Below, piece after piece: positions 34,647-43,091 of a stretch of DNA of 64,000 nucleotides; positions within the stretch are counted from its first letter, which is position 1; each line of letters opens with the position of its first letter. This DNA is from Synechococcus sp. (GTDB lineage: Bacteria > Cyanobacteriota > Cyanobacteriia > PCC-6307 > Cyanobiaceae): contig JBJBDC010000001.1 of NCBI GenBank assembly GCA_047285535.1, positions 2,304,136 to 2,368,135 on the forward strand. Reading direction: 5' to 3'. The notes under the pieces were generated by a model. That model did no database searches and had not been told where the DNA came from. It worked only from the letters and a program-made list of their open reading frames with translations. Position numbers and translations under genes: made by a program.

Positions 34647-36240
34647 TGACCATTCCCTGTTTGAGCTTTTACAGGTCTTGTTGCCGCCACCTCCCCCGGT
34701 TCGCAGAGCTGTAAGGGGTGGGGTTTTTAGCAACCGCTTTTCGTTGAGCCCTTGGCTCAGCTGGTTGCGTAGCTTTTCGCAGGTGATCTTCATCAACAAT
34801 CCGCTGAGTGGAGCCCTGCTGCTACTGGCTTTTCTGCTGGGTTCCCCCTGGATGGCTCTTTTGGCTGTGGTTGGCATGGCTGCGGCCAATCTCACCTCAA
34901 GCCTGCTTGGTTTAGCAAGGAATCTGCGTGACCAGGGCATTCATGGTTTCAACGGTGTTCTGGTGGGTTGTGCTGGGGCATCTCTCGTGAATCTCGGAGC
35001 CGTTCAAAGTGTTGGTCTTTTGGTGATCTTGGTGGGAGTCGGGGGCGGTTTCACCACGGTGCTTGTCGAAGTCTGGAGCCGCTTCTTTCATCGCCGCGGA
35101 GATCCACCGGTGCTCACGTTGCCGTTCTGTTTGGTCACCTGGTGCCTTTTGATTCTTGTCCTTCCTTCATCTTCAGATCCGATTGAGTCCCTGCAGTTCT
35201 CTGCAGCAGGAGGTTTGCTGCAGGCGTTGCTGCTCGGCCTGCCTCAAAGCTTTGGTCAAGTGTTTCTCTGCTCAGGCTTGGCGAGCGGATTCCTGGTGCT
35301 CCTGGCTGTCGCCTTGGCCAGTCCTATGGCTGCGGCTCTCGGCGCGGCTGGGGCGATGGTGGGGATGATGACCGCTCTGATTCTTTCCCAAGGCGCTGAT
35401 CATGCGGCCGTGGCTCAGGGGCTCTGGGGCTACAACGGTCTTCTGGTGGCGATCGCTCTTGGCGGGATCTTCCATGCTCCCGGAGTGAAAAGCCTGCTGA
35501 TGGGTCTGGCTGGGGCATGTCTTGCCACTCTGCTTCAATCCCTTCAGGTCTCGCTGATGAGCAGCCTGCCTCCTTTGACCTTCAGCTTCGTGCTGACGAC
35601 CTGGCTGCTGCAGCGCTTTGCCAGCCAGACGTTGCCGGCTCTGATTCCGGTCTCCTTGCATGCGGTGGTTACGCCTGAGGAACATCGCAAGCGGTTTGTT
35701 GTCGCCAGGGAGCTGCTTGGCAGTTTCCGTCGCAACCTGCGGCAGCGGATTAATGGAACAGTGCAAACCCCTGGCCTGGCTCCGTTGGCGCCGGCGCTGC
35801 AGACTCAGGCGCAACGTTTGTTCCAGTTGATCGACCGCGATTGCGATGGCAGCCTCAGCTTGGACGAGTTGCGTGAGGCGTTGCTGCCGTCTCGATCCAG
35901 GGATGAGGCCTCAGAGCAAAGCCTGTCCTTTCTGGATTCTCAGCTGACAGCAACGATGGCTGCGATGGATCTCGATGGAGATGGACGGATCGACTTCGCT
36001 GAATTCAGCCAGCTGATCCAGCGATTGCAGCGGCTCCGTGAGGGGGAGGAACGGCTCCTTCTGTACCTCTTGCCCGTCGATGTCAATGGTGACGATCGCC
36101 TCGATCGGGATGAATTGGCCCGATTGCTGCAAAGCCTTGGTCAAACGCCGCTCACGGCGACCGAACAGTCACTGGTTTTCGCTGATCAGGAGTTGGGTCT
36201 GCGCTGGCGCGATTTTGTGGATCGCCTGCTGTTGATTTGA
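34636..36240 (+). CDS. UT-family urea transporter fused to a C-terminal EF-hand domain
   Basis: UT repeat motifs SFSQVIFINNPLSG / GIHGFNG / LTLPF and SFGQVFL / GLWGYNG / LTFSF, then TPEEH; EF loops DRDCDGSLSLDE, DLDGDGRIDFAE, DVNGDDRLDRDE; overlaps the arginase stop. Confidence 0.9.
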   Translation: MPIDDHSLFELLQVLLPPPPPVRRAVRGGVFSNRFSLSPWLSWLRSFSQVIFINNPLSGALLLLAFLLGSPWMALLAVVGMAAANLTSSLLGLARNLRDQGIHGFNGVLVGCAGASLVNLGAVQSVGLLVILVGVGGGFTTVLVEVWSRFFHRRGDPPVLTLPFCLVTWCLLILVLPSSSDPIESLQFSAAGGLLQALLLGLPQSFGQVFLCSGLASGFLVLLAVALASPMAAALGAAGAMVGMMTALILSQGADHAAVAQGLWGYNGLLVAIALGGIFHAPGVKSLLMGLAGACLATLLQSLQVSLMSSLPPLTFSFVLTTWLLQRFASQTLPALIPVSLHAVVTPEEHRKRFVVARELLGSFRRNLRQRINGTVQTPGLAPLAPALQTQAQRLFQLIDRDCDGSLSLDELREALLPSRSRDEASEQSLSFLDSQLTATMAAMDLDGDGRIDFAEFSQLIQRLQRLREGEERLLLYLLPVDVNGDDRLDRDELARLLQSLGQTPLTATEQSLVFADQELGLRWRDFVDRLLLI

Positions 36241-37577
36241 GCTTGCAAAGCACGATCGCTCTCCGCCTTAGAGAGTTCAAGGTCACAGCCAACCGGTTGG
36301 ATCAAGTGCTCGAGTGCGTCGGCGGTTTGAGACAGGCCCTTCTCTTCTTGGATGAGTTTCTGCAACTGGAGAGCACGCTGTTTGAAGCTTGGGGTAACGG
36401 CGAGGCTCTGCAAGCTTTTTCTGAGCCCATCGGTGGTCACTGTTTTTGCTGTGTAAGTGGCTGGACTGACTCCCAAGCGCTCAAGGGTGCGTCCCCAGGC
36501 CGGCTGATCAGCGAAGAAGGCCACCACGATGCTGGGAATGCCACTGATCAGTGTGCTGGCTGTTGTGCCTGCACCGCCGTGGTGGATGGCACCTTGCAGT
36601 TGAGGGAAGAGCCACTGATGGGGACAGTGTTCGAGTACGAACACTGACTCAGGCAATCGACCTTTTGGCAGCAGATGCCCCCATCCCGGCGAGAGGATCA
36701 GTCGTTGATTGGCTTGGCATGCCGCGGTGACGATGATCTCGGCAAGCTGTTCTGGATCTCTGGGGATCATGCTTCCAAAGCCGGCATAAAACGGGGCTGG
36801 CCCTTCCTGCAGAAAATGCTTGAGGTCCTCAGGGGGCTCGTAAGGGTGATCGGCCTCCTTTGTGGAAAGGCAGAACCCTGTCACTTTTGCTTGAGAAGGC
36901 CAGTCCGCCGGCTTTGGGATTAAGTGTTTGCTGAAGAGATGCAGCACCGTTGGGGATTGCAGAAACGGAGGGGTGTCTTGTCTGGCTGATGCTCCGTTCC
37001 AGGGCAGTTGGGGTAGTCCTTGCTGACGTCGAAACGCTTGAATCACGTTGCTTTCTTGTCGCCATTTGAGAAGGCGAATCGCTTCATAACTGAGTTGGTT
37101 GAGTTTTCCTCGGATGCGGTTGCGAGGTCCGCTCCCATTGGAAGACCCATCTCCTGGCCAGCTCAGGAAGGAGAAGTTTGTTGTGCTGAGCAACGGAATC
37201 GGGCTGACCACCGCGAACCTGCAGCCCTCAGCTTCAGCAAGGTGATATCCCCATAGAGCCAACGGCGGAGTGAGTAGCAGGTCGCAGCCATCGATTGCTT
37301 TGCGGGCAGTTTCGATCCATTCATGAAGCAAGTTGTTATTGATTAAACGAATGGCTTTGCCCTCCATTAACTGGACGCCGTCTTCTGAAGCCATGAGCTC
37401 TCTGAAGTCTCCCGCAAGAGAGGTGAAACGCACCCCCTCGTCTTGCACAGCCTCTTGAAAATTGGCGCTGCCAATGAGATGCACATCATGACCGCGCTTC
37501 TTGAGTTCCTTAAGAAGAACCAAATAGGGCTCGAGATCACCGCGTGAGCCGACGCTGATTAGATGGATGGATGCCAT
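36186..37577 (-). CDS. GT1/GT28-type glycosyltransferase (sterol/glycolipid glucosyltransferase-like)
   Basis: GSRGDLEPY, GFGSM, HHGGAGTT, FFADQPAWG. Confidence 0.9.
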   Translation of the reverse strand: MASIHLISVGSRGDLEPYLVLLKELKKRGHDVHLIGSANFQEAVQDEGVRFTSLAGDFRELMASEDGVQLMEGKAIRLINNNLLHEWIETARKAIDGCDLLLTPPLALWGYHLAEAEGCRFAVVSPIPLLSTTNFSFLSWPGDGSSNGSGPRNRIRGKLNQLSYEAIRLLKWRQESNVIQAFRRQQGLPQLPWNGASARQDTPPFLQSPTVLHLFSKHLIPKPADWPSQAKVTGFCLSTKEADHPYEPPEDLKHFLQEGPAPFYAGFGSMIPRDPEQLAEIIVTAACQANQRLILSPGWGHLLPKGRLPESVFVLEHCPHQWLFPQLQGAIHHGGAGTTASTLISGIPSIVVAFFADQPAWGRTLERLGVSPATYTAKTVTTDGLRKSLQSLAVTPSFKQRALQLQKLIQEEKGLSQTADALEHLIQPVGCDLELSKAESDRALQAQINSRRSTKSRQRRPNS

Positions 37578-37662
37578 AGACGGCGGCTTTTTAATAACAA
37601 CTATTTTCTGCAGATCGCTTGCAGCGCGTGCGCTCTCTCGCTTAGAAATCGATGAGAAAGCA

Positions 37663-38868
37663 ATGTGTTGGTTCCTGCCCCCTCCGATCCGATTTGTGGC
37701 CTGCAATCTGGTTAAGGATCTTCTCGATTGGTGGGAGATTCATGGTCGTAGGGATCCAGCGCAAAAGCCTTGGATGTTTACTCCTGAAGGGAAATGGCCT
37801 CAGCGCTGCGAGCACTTGAATCCCTATCCGATTCACGTGGCCGAGGTGATGCTGCAGCAAACACAGCTGCAGGTGGTGCTGCCGTATTGGCAGCGCTGGA
37901 TGGAGTTCTTCCCAGCTCTTGAGGCGTTAGCTGAGGCGGAGGCGCAGACAGTGTTGCTGTGTTGGCAGGGTCTCGGCTACTACTCCCGGGCTCGCCGTTT
38001 GCATGACTCGGCCCGGCAGCTGCTGAAGCGAATAGGCTCCAATGCCTCTCATGATCCACAGTGTTGGTCAAGGGATCTGGAGGCGTGGCTGGAATTGCCG
38101 GGGATCGGCCGCAGTACGGCTGGCGGCATTCTTTCCTCTTCTTTTAATAGCCCAGTGGCGATCCTGGATGGCAACGTGCGCCGGGTGTTGGCGCGGTTGC
38201 AGGCTCATTCGCTTCCGCCGATGCGGGCGCAATCTCTGTTCTGGAGATGGAGCCAAGCTTTAATCGATGCTGCTCCATCGCGGGCCAGAGATCTCAATCA
38301 GGCTCTGATGGATCTTGGTGCCACGGTTTGTACCCCCCGTTCACCACAATGCTGCTCCTGTCCCTGGCAGGATCATTGCGCTGCGTACGCTGCTGGCGAT
38401 GTGGAGCGCTTCCCCGTGAAAGAGACCCCGAAAGCTGTGCCCTTTCAGGTGATAGGTGTGGGTGTGGTGCTGAATGATGCCGGTGAGGTGTTGATTGATC
38501 AACGCCTGAATGAGGGGCTGCTTGGTGGATTGTGGGAGTTCCCCGGCGGTAAGCAGGAGCCTGGCGAGGCCATCGTTGCCACGATCTCGCGCGAATTGCA
38601 GGAAGAGTTGGGCATTGAGGTGGCTGTGGGAGAGGAGTTGATCAGCCTCGAGCACGCTTACAGCCATAAAAAGCTGCGATTTGTTGTGCATCTCTGCGAG
38701 TGGCGTTCTGGAAACCCACAGCCTCTGGCGAGCCAGCAGGTGCTCTGGGTAAGCCCGAATGAACTGCGGAATTACCCTTTTCCCGCAGCCAATGCACGGA
38801 TCATCGAGGCCTTGGTTGGCAGGTTGGATCCTTCTGGTCAGCCTGAAGCAAGTTGCAATGAGGACTGA
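37663..38868 (+). CDS. mutY: A/G-specific adenine glycosylase MutY with C-terminal Nudix (MutT) domain; start uncertain
   Basis: EVMLQQT, GLGYYSRAR, LPGIG HhH, DGNVRRV, 4Fe-4S C-x6-C-x2-C-x5-C, Nudix box GKQEPGEAIVATISRELQEELGI. Confidence 0.93.
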   Translation: MCWFLPPPIRFVACNLVKDLLDWWEIHGRRDPAQKPWMFTPEGKWPQRCEHLNPYPIHVAEVMLQQTQLQVVLPYWQRWMEFFPALEALAEAEAQTVLLCWQGLGYYSRARRLHDSARQLLKRIGSNASHDPQCWSRDLEAWLELPGIGRSTAGGILSSSFNSPVAILDGNVRRVLARLQAHSLPPMRAQSLFWRWSQALIDAAPSRARDLNQALMDLGATVCTPRSPQCCSCPWQDHCAAYAAGDVERFPVKETPKAVPFQVIGVGVVLNDAGEVLIDQRLNEGLLGGLWEFPGGKQEPGEAIVATISRELQEELGIEVAVGEELISLEHAYSHKKLRFVVHLCEWRSGNPQPLASQQVLWVSPNELRNYPFPAANARIIEALVGRLDPSGQPEASCNED

Positions 38869-39830
38869 TGACCGAAAGCTCCTCTTCCCCCCAGGTGCTC
38901 TGTCTCGGTGAAGCTTTGGTCGATCGGCTTGGCCCTGCTGGAGGGAATCCGGCAAAGGATCAGCCGGTGGATGATCGTTTGGGGGGGGCTCCGGCAAACG
39001 TGGCCTGCGCCCTTGCCCGGTTAGGGACTTCAGTGGCCTTTCTCGGTCGGTTAGGTGAGGACTCGATCGGTGCAGCCTTCAGCGCGCTGTTCGCCGAACG
39101 CGGCGTCGATCAGAGGTTGGTGCAACAGGATCGTCAGCGCCCTAGCCGGACTGTGTTGGTGCGGCGATCCATTTCGGGGGAACGGCAATTCCAGGGCTTT
39201 GCGGGTGATCAGGGTCTGGGATTTGCTGATCAAGCGTTAGAACCGATAGCACTGCCCAAACCCGCTGGTTGGCTGTTGGTTGGCACCATTCCGTTAGCTA
39301 CGGCGGCGTCTGCTGCGTCCCTTGAGAAAGCGGTGGCAGATGCCCGTTCGCACGGCATCGCTTTGGCCTTGGATGTGAACTGGCGCCCAACGTTCTGGGA
39401 TCCCCTGGCTGATCCAGCGGCAGGGCCTACCACTGAAGCTGCCACGGTCATCAGGCCACTGTTGGAGCAGGCCGCCCTGATCAAGTTGGCCAGAGAAGAG
39501 GCGTTGTGGTTTTTCGGAAGTGATGATCCTGCCGCGATTGCTGCAGGTTTGGCACAGCATCCTGATGTGGTGGTGACCGATGGAGCAAACCCCGTCCGTT
39601 GGTTCATTGCGCAGGAATCCGGGAGCATGCCTGTGTTTCAACCCAATGAGGTGATCGACACCACAGGAGCAGGTGATGCCTTCACCGCTGGTTTGTTGCA
39701 CCGATGGGACCATCCTGTAATCGAGCGGTTGCGCTTCGCGTCAGCCTGTGGAGCCCTGGTGTGTGGTGGTGCTGGAGCTATTGATCCACAGCCGCGGGAG
39801 CGAGACGTTCTCGCTTACCTGAGCCGATGA
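38868..39830 (+). CDS. PfkB family carbohydrate kinase (fructokinase-like)
   Basis: GGAPANVA, DVNWRP, DTTGAGDAF. Confidence 0.93.
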   Translation: MTESSSSPQVLCLGEALVDRLGPAGGNPAKDQPVDDRLGGAPANVACALARLGTSVAFLGRLGEDSIGAAFSALFAERGVDQRLVQQDRQRPSRTVLVRRSISGERQFQGFAGDQGLGFADQALEPIALPKPAGWLLVGTIPLATAASAASLEKAVADARSHGIALALDVNWRPTFWDPLADPAAGPTTEAATVIRPLLEQAALIKLAREEALWFFGSDDPAAIAAGLAQHPDVVVTDGANPVRWFIAQESGSMPVFQPNEVIDTTGAGDAFTAGLLHRWDHPVIERLRFASACGALVCGGAGAIDPQPRERDVLAYLSR

Positions 39831-40369
39831 CCGTACGCGCCGTGCTCCGCCTTGGGGATTCCAGGCTGCGTGAGATGGCTCAGCCGGTGCAGGATCTTGG
39901 AACCCCGCAGTTGCTGGAGTTGTGCTCCGATCTAAAGGAAACGATGGAGGCTCTTTCTGGTGCGGGGCTAGCTGCACCGCAAATCGGTGTGCCCTCTCGT
40001 GTGGTGATTTTTGGCGGGGGAGGCCCTAATCCCCGCTATCCGGGTGCTTTGCCGGTGCCGCTTACGGTGCTGATCAATCCGGACCTAACGCCCATCGGTG
40101 AGGGGCGTTCCCTGGGTTGGGAAGGCTGCCTCAGTGTCCCTGGCTTGCGCGGCCAGGTGGAGCGCAGCAACCGGGTGCGCTATTGCGGCTGGACGCCCGA
40201 GGGGGAATGGCTTGAGCGCAGCGTGGAGGGTTTCCATGCCCGCGTGGTGCAGCACGAGTGTGATCACCTCGATGGAGTGCTTTTCCCAGATCGACTGCAC
40301 ACACCTCAAGCCTTTGGATTCATCCCCGAACTCGAGCATTCAGGGCTGATTCCAAGGGTGCCTTCTTAA
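39827..40369 (+). CDS. def: Peptide deformylase
   Basis: GLAAPQ, EGCLS and QHECDHLDG motifs. Confidence 0.95.
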   Translation: MTVRAVLRLGDSRLREMAQPVQDLGTPQLLELCSDLKETMEALSGAGLAAPQIGVPSRVVIFGGGGPNPRYPGALPVPLTVLINPDLTPIGEGRSLGWEGCLSVPGLRGQVERSNRVRYCGWTPEGEWLERSVEGFHARVVQHECDHLDGVLFPDRLHTPQAFGFIPELEHSGLIPRVPS

Positions 40370-40428
40370 TCGAGGGGGCTTGCAATAGCAAGAGCAGCGA
40401 GGCGATTCAGGTCTTGTGAGCTTGTTGA

Positions 40429-41376
40429 TCACAGCTCGTGGATCTCAATTGAATGAGCTGCCATAAAGCGGAGAGCTTCATCCTTGTTGAACACGCTCTC
40501 GGTGGCTGAGGTGCTGCGCACGCAGCTAGCCCCCATAGCACTGCCCCAGCGCACACAGCCCTTCAGATCCTGTCCGTTGAGATGGCCCGCGATGAAGCCG
40601 GCATCAAAGGCGTCGCCGGCACCTGTCCCTCCCCGGAAGTTGGTTGGATAGGCATCGCTACGAAGTCGCAGTCCATCTGTGATCAGATGGGTCCCTTGCT
40701 CGCCATCCGTAATCACCACAGTCCGGGCTCCGGCGTCGCGGAAGGCCTGGGCCTGCTCCAAGGGAAGGCTGCGTCCGGTAAGGAGTGTTGCTTCATCTCT
40801 ATTCGGCAGCACGATGTCGGTGTATGGCAAGATTCGCTTCACGCGTTCCATGGCGGCCGGATCGGTGACCTCGATCACATCCAGCACCACCAGGGCGCCG
40901 TTGGAGCGGGCCTGATCAAGGCGCTTCAGGGTCAGCTCGCTTTCGAGGGCGTCCAGCATCAGATAGCCACCGATGTAAACCACTGCTGCGGATTCGATTA
41001 GTCCCTCAGGAATCATCGCGCCGCTCAGCAGTCGGTTGGCTCCCACCGCTGAGATCAAGCGGCGGTCATCACCATCCACATTGATCACGCTTGATGTTGC
41101 GGTCGAGGCTTGTGGGCAGCGGATCACCCCAGTGGTCTGAACTCCAGCCTCCTCCAAGGTTTGGAGAAGAAAGTCACCAAATGGATCGTCTCCGATGCAT
41201 CCCCCTAAACACACATCCACCCCCAACTTGACTAAGTCGTAGGCGGTGTTGGCTGCACACCCTCCTAAGCAGAGTTCCATGTGAGAGGTCTCTACGATTT
41301 GGCCGGGGTTTGGCAGAGCAGGAACTGGGTCGCAGACCAGATCAGCGCAGAGAAGACCAAGACATAAACAATCCAA
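40429..41376 (-). CDS. PfkB family kinase of unknown substrate
   Basis: GGCAANTA, PNRDEA, GTGAGDAFDAG; TTG start abuts the upstream stop. Confidence 0.88.
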   Translation of the reverse strand: MDCLCLGLLCADLVCDPVPALPNPGQIVETSHMELCLGGCAANTAYDLVKLGVDVCLGGCIGDDPFGDFLLQTLEEAGVQTTGVIRCPQASTATSSVINVDGDDRRLISAVGANRLLSGAMIPEGLIESAAVVYIGGYLMLDALESELTLKRLDQARSNGALVVLDVIEVTDPAAMERVKRILPYTDIVLPNRDEATLLTGRSLPLEQAQAFRDAGARTVVITDGEQGTHLITDGLRLRSDAYPTNFRGGTGAGDAFDAGFIAGHLNGQDLKGCVRWGSAMGASCVRSTSATESVFNKDEALRFMAAHSIEIHEL

Positions 41377-42729
41377 CTACACAAGTCCCCCCACGATCGG
41401 CCACCAGCAACTATCAATCACTTGCTGCTCTGCTGACTTGGTCTCCGCGTTGCGGATTTCAGCAGCAAGACTATCCAGAAGAGATCCATGCAACAGCGGG
41501 CCCATGGCCTCATGCAGTACAGAATCGCGCTCGAACGCCATCCGGGCTTCAACAAGGCTGGCCGGAAGCTTGGGGATGTTGTGATCGCTCAGCAGAGCGG
41601 GATCACCCGTTTGCTCCGGTGGAAGTGTGCGTTGATCACGCAGGGCGTCAAGCACCTGAGCTTGAAGTGCACCCAACAGCAAGTAGGGATTTGCAGTGGG
41701 ATCGACTGCTTTGATTTCCAGGTGAGCGGCACTCTGATCGATTGCGGTGGGAATTAAGCGAACGGCTGCCTCACGGTTCTCCATGCCCCAGACCTGGAAA
41801 GGGGCGGACCAGCTGCTGGGCACCAGCCGTAGGTAAGACACAGGAGAAGGGCTGGCCAGCGCCACCAGAGCAGGGAGTTGCTCAAGCATCCCGGCAATCA
41901 GGGCTTCTCCTTCAGGACGCAGCCCATAGGGACCTGGCCCGTCTTGGAGCAGGGGGCCTTGAGCATCCCGAAGGCTGAAGTGCAGGTGGCCGCCATTCCC
42001 GATCCAGTCCAGTCGGGGTTTGGCACTAAAGCTGCTGTACCAGCCAAAGCGGCGCGTCACGCGTTGGATCACCAGACGGGCTCGTATCAGCTGATCCGCC
42101 ACCTGGAGTGGGGCTTCGGCTGCGAAGGACAGTTCGAACTGCGAGGGGCCATATTCGGGATGAAACTGGATCCAGTCCACCTCTGCGGTATCGAGTGCCT
42201 CGAGAAGTGCCGAGGCGTAATCGAGGCCCTCGATCAAACGGTCGGCTCCGTAAGGTCCCCCAGAGATCATCGCCTTTGGGGAGCCGTTTCTGTCAGGGCT
42301 TACGACAACCCATTCCAGTTCAAATCCGGCGGTAAGGGACAGTCCAGCTGCATCGAGTTTCTCCTCCATGCGGCGGCAGAAGTGGCGTTGATCTGCGCCG
42401 TAGGGTCCGCTCGTACGAGTCCAGCGTTCGCCCGCGGCCCAGGCCCAGCCCTGATTGGGCTCCAGCATTGCCAGCGATTTAGGGTCTGCCTTGAGGCGCA
42501 GATCGCCATCCGGTCGTGTGAGGCGATGCGTTGGTTCGATGATCCCGTCCGAACGGAAGGCATCGGATATGGGCGAGAAGCCGACTCCGATGTCGACGGC
42601 GAGTTGCCAACGACGCAAAGGCACAACCTTGACGAGCGACTCGCCCGCGTGGTTGTCCCAGGTGATGGCGATCTGACGCACACCTTTGGCGGTCAACGCT
42701 TCGAGGGACTGGTCATACTCCGTGGTCAT
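41377..42729 (-). CDS. Glutamine synthetase-like protein (GlnA3/FluG-type gamma-glutamyl-amine ligase candidate)
   Basis: GFELEW, HPEYGPSQFE, GNGGHLHFSL, SYLRL, NREAAVR, LEIKAVDPTANPYL. Confidence 0.88.
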   Translation of the reverse strand: MTTEYDQSLEALTAKGVRQIAITWDNHAGESLVKVVPLRRWQLAVDIGVGFSPISDAFRSDGIIEPTHRLTRPDGDLRLKADPKSLAMLEPNQGWAWAAGERWTRTSGPYGADQRHFCRRMEEKLDAAGLSLTAGFELEWVVVSPDRNGSPKAMISGGPYGADRLIEGLDYASALLEALDTAEVDWIQFHPEYGPSQFELSFAAEAPLQVADQLIRARLVIQRVTRRFGWYSSFSAKPRLDWIGNGGHLHFSLRDAQGPLLQDGPGPYGLRPEGEALIAGMLEQLPALVALASPSPVSYLRLVPSSWSAPFQVWGMENREAAVRLIPTAIDQSAAHLEIKAVDPTANPYLLLGALQAQVLDALRDQRTLPPEQTGDPALLSDHNIPKLPASLVEARMAFERDSVLHEAMGPLLHGSLLDSLAAEIRNAETKSAEQQVIDSCWWPIVGGLV

Positions 42730-42905
42730 GGCTGCGCATGCAGTGCATTAAGGATGCAGCAGGGTGCCGTTGAGGACTCAGAACGGGCAGGAGCAAGTTC
42801 CATCCATGGCTGGACTTTTACTGATCCAGTCCTTTTGGGCTGTGCTGTGGCTTTTGATGTGGTTGGTGATTGATCAGAATCGTTGCAGCGTGGGGGGTCG
42901 GTTTC

Positions 42906-43091
42906 ATGTCTGAAGTTCCAAGAGGTCTGCTATGGCTGGCCGTGCCCGCTGCGGTTGTTTTGGCCTTAGTGGTGCATGGTCAGGCTGAATCGGCCCTGCC
43001 TTTTTGGGCTGGCATGCCTGTTTGGGTGTTGATGTTCATCGCCCTGCAGGCGGCACTCACCCTTGTTGCTGCTTGGATCGCCCGCCCATGA
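42906..43091 (+). CDS. Small 2-TM symporter accessory protein (DUF3311/DUF997-like)
   Basis: 61 aa, two hydrophobic helices flanking AGMPVW; ATGA overlap with the SSS gene. Confidence 0.6.
   Translation: MSEVPRGLLWLAVPAAVVLALVVHGQAESALPFWAGMPVWVLMFIALQAALTLVAAWIARP

Noticed and set aside
41377..42729. GS-like gene as EgtA for the egtBD operon
   Set aside because: EgtA belongs to the glutamate-cysteine ligase family; this protein has GS-type motifs and its own cassette more than 11 kb away
41878..42873. 331-aa antisense ORF opposite the GS-like gene
   Set aside because: Shadow frame of a well-supported gene; no motifs
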